Positions 59,731-64,000 of a stretch of 64,000 bases of DNA are shown piece after piece. Every line of letters begins with the position of its first letter. Position 1 is the stretch's first letter. The notes under the pieces are model-generated. The model was not told where the DNA came from. It saw only the letters and a program-made list of their open reading frames with translations, and made no database searches. Source of the stretch: Candidatus Multivoradales bacterium (GTDB lineage Bacteria; Acidobacteriota; Thermoanaerobaculia; Multivoradales; JAHEKO01); the NCBI GenBank assembly GCA_965223155.1, contig CBDCVR010000013.1:1120001-1184000 (forward strand), in the 5' to 3' direction. Position numbers and translations under genes: made by a program.

Positions 59731-60003
59731 GTGAACGTGTTGTCTGGCATTTTTATTGGCTGGTTCAACGACCCCTGGCTTGCCCGCCTTGGAATTCCAT
59801 TCATCTGGGGACTGATGTGGTGCGCCTACCAGTCGATCTTGGGCGGTTCGGAAAGCCACGCAGCCGAGATGGCTGCCCGAGGCGTCCAGGCGCCCCCAGG
59901 TGGGTACGCCTGGGCCTATTATCGAATTGAGTACTGGACAGCAGCACTCACAGCACTGATCTTCTCGATAGCTACCGGTGTCCTCAAATCTCTCATGAAT
60001 TGA
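59731..60003 (+). CDS. Small hypothetical membrane protein in a lower-GC islet
   Basis: 90 aa with two hydrophobic segments; TAGAAT 6 nt upstream; visibly more AT-rich than flanks. Confidence 0.55.
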   Translation: MNVLSGIFIGWFNDPWLARLGIPFIWGLMWCAYQSILGGSESHAAEMAARGVQAPPGGYAWAYYRIEYWTAALTALIFSIATGVLKSLMN

Positions 60004-60114
60004 ATAGGGGCAGACGGACCACAGCTCCTCAAGCCAATACGGGCGAGAGCTCGATACCAACTCCTAGCCCAGTCTTCGACGGAGCAGTAAGCCGCTTGCT
60101 TTGAGAGAGTTATA

Positions 60115-60190
60115 TGGTGAGCCGCCAGGGACTCGAACCCCGAACCCGCAGATTAAGAGTCTGCTGCTCTGCCAGTTGAGCTAGCGGCCC
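60115..60190 (-). tRNA. tRNA-Lys (CTT)
   Basis: GGGCCGC...GCGGCTC-ACCA, anticodon loop CT-CTT-AA, GTTCGAGTC T-loop; 76 nt. Confidence 0.96.
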
Positions 60191-60225
60191 ACGAACGGCA
60201 AATTCTACACGCCCGAAGGTGGGGG

Positions 60226-60474
60226 TCAACCACCCTGGACGAAGCGGACGATCTCCAGCCGGTCGCCGGCCGCCAGCGGGATTTCCTCGAACCGGACGCG
60301 CCGCGCCAGCTCGCCGTTGTGCTCGATCGCGACCGTTCTGGGATCGAGGTCCAGGTCGGCCAGGAGCGAGGCGACCGTGGAGCCTGCCGGACAGTCGTGG
60401 TCCTCGCCGTTGACCTGGATCGTCATGGTCTCGGTGCGGCGCGTGTCAGCGATCGATGTCGTGTCCTCTGTCAT
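60226..60474 (-). CDS. thiS: Sulfur carrier protein ThiS (start may be the internal MTIQVNGE)
   Basis: IQVNGE, VAIEHNGE, GDRLEIVRFVQGG with C-terminal GG. Confidence 0.9.
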   Translation of the reverse strand: MTEDTTSIADTRRTETMTIQVNGEDHDCPAGSTVASLLADLDLDPRTVAIEHNGELARRVRFEEIPLAAGDRLEIVRFVQGG

Positions 60475-60484
60475 CTCGGGACCT

Positions 60485-61192
60485 CTAGATCAAGTGCTTG
60501 ATCTCAGCCGAGCCCAGCTCGCTGGTCGCCGTGATAATCAACGCCGCCGTGCCCTTGGCAATGGCCGGAATCGCGACCTTGAGGTTGAGGTTGCCGTCGG
60601 AGTTGGTGGTCCCTCCTCCCAGTGCCACCGGCTCGGCGACGGTTGAGATGAGCTTGACCGCGATCTGAGCCTCGGCCACCGGATCCCCCGAGCCGCTAGC
60701 CTCGGCATGAAAGGCCAGCAGAGCCTCGCTGCCCAGGTCCAGGTCGCCGGTCGAGTCCATCGCCAGCACCAGGTGTTCCTGATCGGCCTCCATGTTCAAG
60801 TAGTCCAGGATCACCTGATCCAGGCTGGGCGTGCTGCTGACCTCCTCGGGCATGGCCAGACCCGCCGTGGGCGCCGGCTTCAAGTCGGGCTCTTCGGGTG
60901 TTTCGGGGACCGCGATCGGGCCTAGCTGCCGCTCGACGTCGGCGTCCATGCTGCCTTCCCGAATCTCGGCGATCATCTTCTTGTGCTGCTCCTCCAAGAG
61001 GGCGAGCACGTGCTCCTTGCCGCCCTCGCCCTCCTTGACCATGCGCGCGTAGTCGGTGCGGCGGCGGCCCAGAATCTGACCGCCGACGTAGACCAGGCTT
61101 TCGACGTAGGGGTTGTTGACACCCTTGTCTTCGGTCTGGACGTGGAAGACCAGGCCCCGGTGGCGAACGTCGGTGTTGTAGCCGGTGATCAT
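60485..61192 (-). CDS. Hypothetical protein (MITGYNTDV...FHVQTEDKG N-domain plus beta-rich C-domain)
   Basis: Clean 235-aa ORF with protein-like composition, 10 nt from thiS. Confidence 0.8.
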   Translation of the reverse strand: MITGYNTDVRHRGLVFHVQTEDKGVNNPYVESLVYVGGQILGRRRTDYARMVKEGEGGKEHVLALLEEQHKKMIAEIREGSMDADVERQLGPIAVPETPEEPDLKPAPTAGLAMPEEVSSTPSLDQVILDYLNMEADQEHLVLAMDSTGDLDLGSEALLAFHAEASGSGDPVAEAQIAVKLISTVAEPVALGGGTTNSDGNLNLKVAIPAIAKGTAALIITATSELGSAEIKHLI

Positions 61193-61434
61193 GGGTCGCG
61201 TCTCGCGGCTCCGCCGGCGAGCGGCCGGAGTCCTATCGAACGACGTATTCTAGTGCGGCGGCAGCCAAAACCGCAGTGGCGAGCGGCACTCCCATCCTCG
61301 GTTGCCGCCGCGCGCGAGCGTCTTGCCGGGCCCGGGAGCGCGTGACAGAATCTCCCCGTTCCCAGAATCGCCCGGCCCGACGCCCGGCGGTCTCTCTGGC
61401 TAACGTTCACCCTACAGTTCGGGAGGTACCACCT

Positions 61435-62250
61435 ATGGCTGAGGCTTCAGCTGAGCAAGAGACACGATCCACCCTGGTCCAATACGAAGTTCGTGACGGC
61501 GTCGCCTATCTGACCCTGACCGATCCGCCGGCCAACACCTACACCCACGAAATGATGCGGCAACTCGATGACGCCATCCTGTCGGCGCGTTTCGACCCGG
61601 ACGTCCACGTGCTGGTGGTGACCGGCCTGGGCGAGAAGTTCTTCTGCGCCGGCGCCAACATCAACATGCTCCAGACCTCGGATCCGGTCTTCAAGTACTA
61701 CTTCTGCCTCCACGCCAACGAGACGCTGAACCGGCTCGAGCACACCCCGAAGCTGGTGATCGCCGCGCTCAACGGCCACACCGTCGGCGGCGGCCTCGAG
61801 ATCGCGATGGCCGCGGACTTGCGCATCGCCAAGAAGGACGCAGGCAAGGTCGGTCTTCCCGAGATCAATCTGGGCGTGCTGCCCGGTACCGGCGGCACCC
61901 AGCGTCTGTCGCGCATCGTGGGCAAGAGCCGCGCGATCGACCTCATGGTGACTGGCGACCTCCTCTCCTTCGAGGAGGCTCAAGACCTGGGCGTCGTCAA
62001 CCGCATCCTCGAAGGCGACGACTTCATGGACCAGATCCACGCCTTCGCCAGCCAGTTCTGCCCGCCCAACAAGGCCGCCAAGGCGGTCGGCCGGATCAAG
62101 CGGTCGGTACAGTCCGGCTGGGAGGTGCCCTTCGAGAGCGGTCTCGCCATCGAGCGCGAGCTCCAGCAGCAGCTATTCCAGAGCGACGACGCCCGCGAGG
62201 GCCTGGCCGCCTATATCGAGAAGCGCAAGCCCGAGTTTCAGGGGGCCTAG
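61435..62250 (+). CDS. Enoyl-CoA hydratase/isomerase family protein
   Basis: FFCAGANI, GGGLEIAMAAD, GLPEINLGVLPGTGGTQRL, EKRKPEF; GGGAGG SD. Confidence 0.93.
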   Translation: MAEASAEQETRSTLVQYEVRDGVAYLTLTDPPANTYTHEMMRQLDDAILSARFDPDVHVLVVTGLGEKFFCAGANINMLQTSDPVFKYYFCLHANETLNRLEHTPKLVIAALNGHTVGGGLEIAMAADLRIAKKDAGKVGLPEINLGVLPGTGGTQRLSRIVGKSRAIDLMVTGDLLSFEEAQDLGVVNRILEGDDFMDQIHAFASQFCPPNKAAKAVGRIKRSVQSGWEVPFESGLAIERELQQQLFQSDDAREGLAAYIEKRKPEFQGA

Positions 62251-62253
62251 AGC

Positions 62254-63723
62254 GTGTCCGACGACGCCACACTCCAGCCCCAGGTCCCGCCGGCGAGGCT
62301 CTTCATCGGCGGCACCTGGGTCGATGCCGAGAACGGAGCAACCTTCGCTACCGAGAACCCGGCGACCGAGGAGACCGTGTGCGAAGTCGGCTCGGGCTCA
62401 GCCGCCGACGTGGACCGGGCGGTCGAAGCCGCGCGGTCCGCGCTCGACGGGGACTGGGGCAAGACTTCGCCGCGTGCCCGCGGCAAGATCCTGTGGCGGA
62501 TCGCGGACCTTTTGGAAGAGCGCACGGAGGAGTTCGCGCTGCTCGAAACCCTCGACAACGGCAAGCCCATCTTCGAGTCGCGCTACGTCGACATCCCGGC
62601 CGGGGTCGAAGCGCTGCGCTACTTCGCCGGCTGGGCGGACAAGATCCACGGCGAAACCCTGTCGGTCGAGGGACCGTTTTCCTTCGCCTACAGCCTGCGT
62701 GAGCCGATGGGAGTGATCGGCGCCATCACGCCATGGAACTTCCCCATCATCCAGGCCCTCTGGAAGATCGCCCCGGCACTAGCCTGCGGCAACGCGGTCG
62801 TCCACAAGCCCGCGTCCTACACACCGCTGACGGCGCTCAAGTTCGCCGAGCTGGCGGTCGAGGCGGGACTGCCGGCGGGGGCGCTCAACACCGTGCCCGG
62901 CGGCGGCCGAGCGGTCGGCGGCGCCCTGGTCGAGCACCCGGACGTGGCCAAGATTACCTTCACCGGCTCGACCGAGGTCGGCCGCGGCATCATGAAGAGC
63001 GCCGCCGACACGATCAAGCGGGTGACGTTGGAGCTGGGCGGCAAGTCACCCAACATCGTCTTTGCCGACGCCGACCTCGACAACGCGGTCAAGGGCGCCT
63101 ACAACGGCATCTTTTACGGTAAGGGCGAGGTATGCGCCGCCGGCTCGCGCCTGTTCGTCGAACGCTCGGTCCACGACCAGCTGGTCGAGAAGCTGATCGA
63201 GCGCACCAAGCGGCTGGAGCCCGGCGACCCGCTCCATCCCAAGACCCGACTGGGCGCTCTGGTCTCGGCCAGCCAGCGCGAAACGGTCCTCGGCTACGTC
63301 GGCATCGGCAAGCAGGAGGGCGCCGAGGTCGCACTCGGCGGCGCGGCTCGCGATGTCGGCGGCAAGGGCTACTTCATGGAGCCCACCATCCTGACCGGAG
63401 TCGACAACTCGATGCGCGTGGCCCAGGAGGAGATCTTCGGACCGGTGCTCGCGGTGATCCCCTTCGACGACGCCGACGAGGCGGTGGCACTTGCCAATCG
63501 ATCGATCTACGGCCTGGCCGCGGGCGTCTGGACCCGGGACATCGGCAAGGCCCACCGCGTCGCCGCCAAGCTCCAAGCCGGCACCGTCTGGCTCAATCAG
63601 TACAACTGGTACGACTCGGGCGCTTCGTTTGGCGGGTACAAGCAGAGCGGCTTCGGACGCGAGCTTGGCAAGCAGGCGCTCGCCTACTACACCGAGAGCA
63701 AGACGGTCTTCGTGGGCAAGTGA
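62254..63723 (+). CDS. NAD-dependent aldehyde dehydrogenase
   Basis: [46 protein letters not shown]. Confidence 0.94.
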   Translation: MSDDATLQPQVPPARLFIGGTWVDAENGATFATENPATEETVCEVGSGSAADVDRAVEAARSALDGDWGKTSPRARGKILWRIADLLEERTEEFALLETLDNGKPIFESRYVDIPAGVEALRYFAGWADKIHGETLSVEGPFSFAYSLREPMGVIGAITPWNFPIIQALWKIAPALACGNAVVHKPASYTPLTALKFAELAVEAGLPAGALNTVPGGGRAVGGALVEHPDVAKITFTGSTEVGRGIMKSAADTIKRVTLELGGKSPNIVFADADLDNAVKGAYNGIFYGKGEVCAAGSRLFVERSVHDQLVEKLIERTKRLEPGDPLHPKTRLGALVSASQRETVLGYVGIGKQEGAEVALGGAARDVGGKGYFMEPTILTGVDNSMRVAQEEIFGPVLAVIPFDDADEAVALANRSIYGLAAGVWTRDIGKAHRVAAKLQAGTVWLNQYNWYDSGASFGGYKQSGFGRELGKQALAYYTESKTVFVGK

Positions 63724-64000
63724 CGGCGCGGAGATCCGAAGCGGCCGAGCCACTGTTTCTGGCGGCGCCGGTACGCACTCCGATTGGAAAGTTTGGTGGC
63801 CGGCTGGCCGCCCTCGGCGCCGCCGACCTGGGCGTGGAGGCGGCGCGCGCCTGCCTCGACCGGTCCGGGATCGCCCCCGGCGCAGTGGATCAAGCGATCT
63901 TCGGGCACGCCCGCCAAGCCGGCGGCGGCCCTAACACCGCGCGGCAGATCGCCTACCGGACGGGCATCCCGGTCGAGCGCCCGGCATTCACGGTCAACCA
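63720..64000 (+). CDS. Thiolase (acetyl-CoA acyltransferase), 5' part; runs off the window
   Basis: GTGA overlap with the ALDH stop; VRTPIGKFGG, DLGVEAA, FGHARQAGGGPNTARQ, AFTVN. Confidence 0.9.
   Translation, partial: MTARRSEAAEPLFLAAPVRTPIGKFGGRLAALGAADLGVEAARACLDRSGIAPGAVDQAIFGHARQAGGGPNTARQIAYRTGIPVERPAFTVN

Overview
High-GC bacterial chromosome segment. It is probably Acidobacteriota: this is inferred from the rplM-rpsI-rpsB order, a FolD C-terminal insert and the futalosine pathway, and is not proven. About 50 kb is core housekeeping. It holds rplM-rpsI-rpsB, diguanylate cyclase-menG-folD-coaE-rdgB, an arginine deiminase cluster, purB-rlpA, moaC-namZ-aminotransferase-serA-ddl, ftsK-fmt-rsmB and rsmA. 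It also holds a MoxR/DUF58/BatABCD operon, lat plus an ALDH7 gene, mqnA and mqnC split by a small gene pair, and tig-clpP-clpX-lon-engB-rho. The ~9.6 kb between tRNA-Leu(TAG) and tRNA-Lys(CTT) looks accessory and contains the best candidate for an undescribed system. That candidate is a Crp/Fnr regulator with Cys clusters at both ends, an FNR-type box at class II spacing ahead of a FecA-like TonB-dependent receptor, and a coupled 67-aa stand-alone protein with the exact FhuF-type CC-x10-C-x2-C [2Fe-2S] motif. Two window-wide translation-initiation patterns also stand out: three conserved genes appear to need CTG starts, and about seven genes have a -10 box only 6-9 nt before the start codon. 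No CRISPR array, rRNA or intact mobile element was seen. All calls come from motif recognition by eye; no database search was run.
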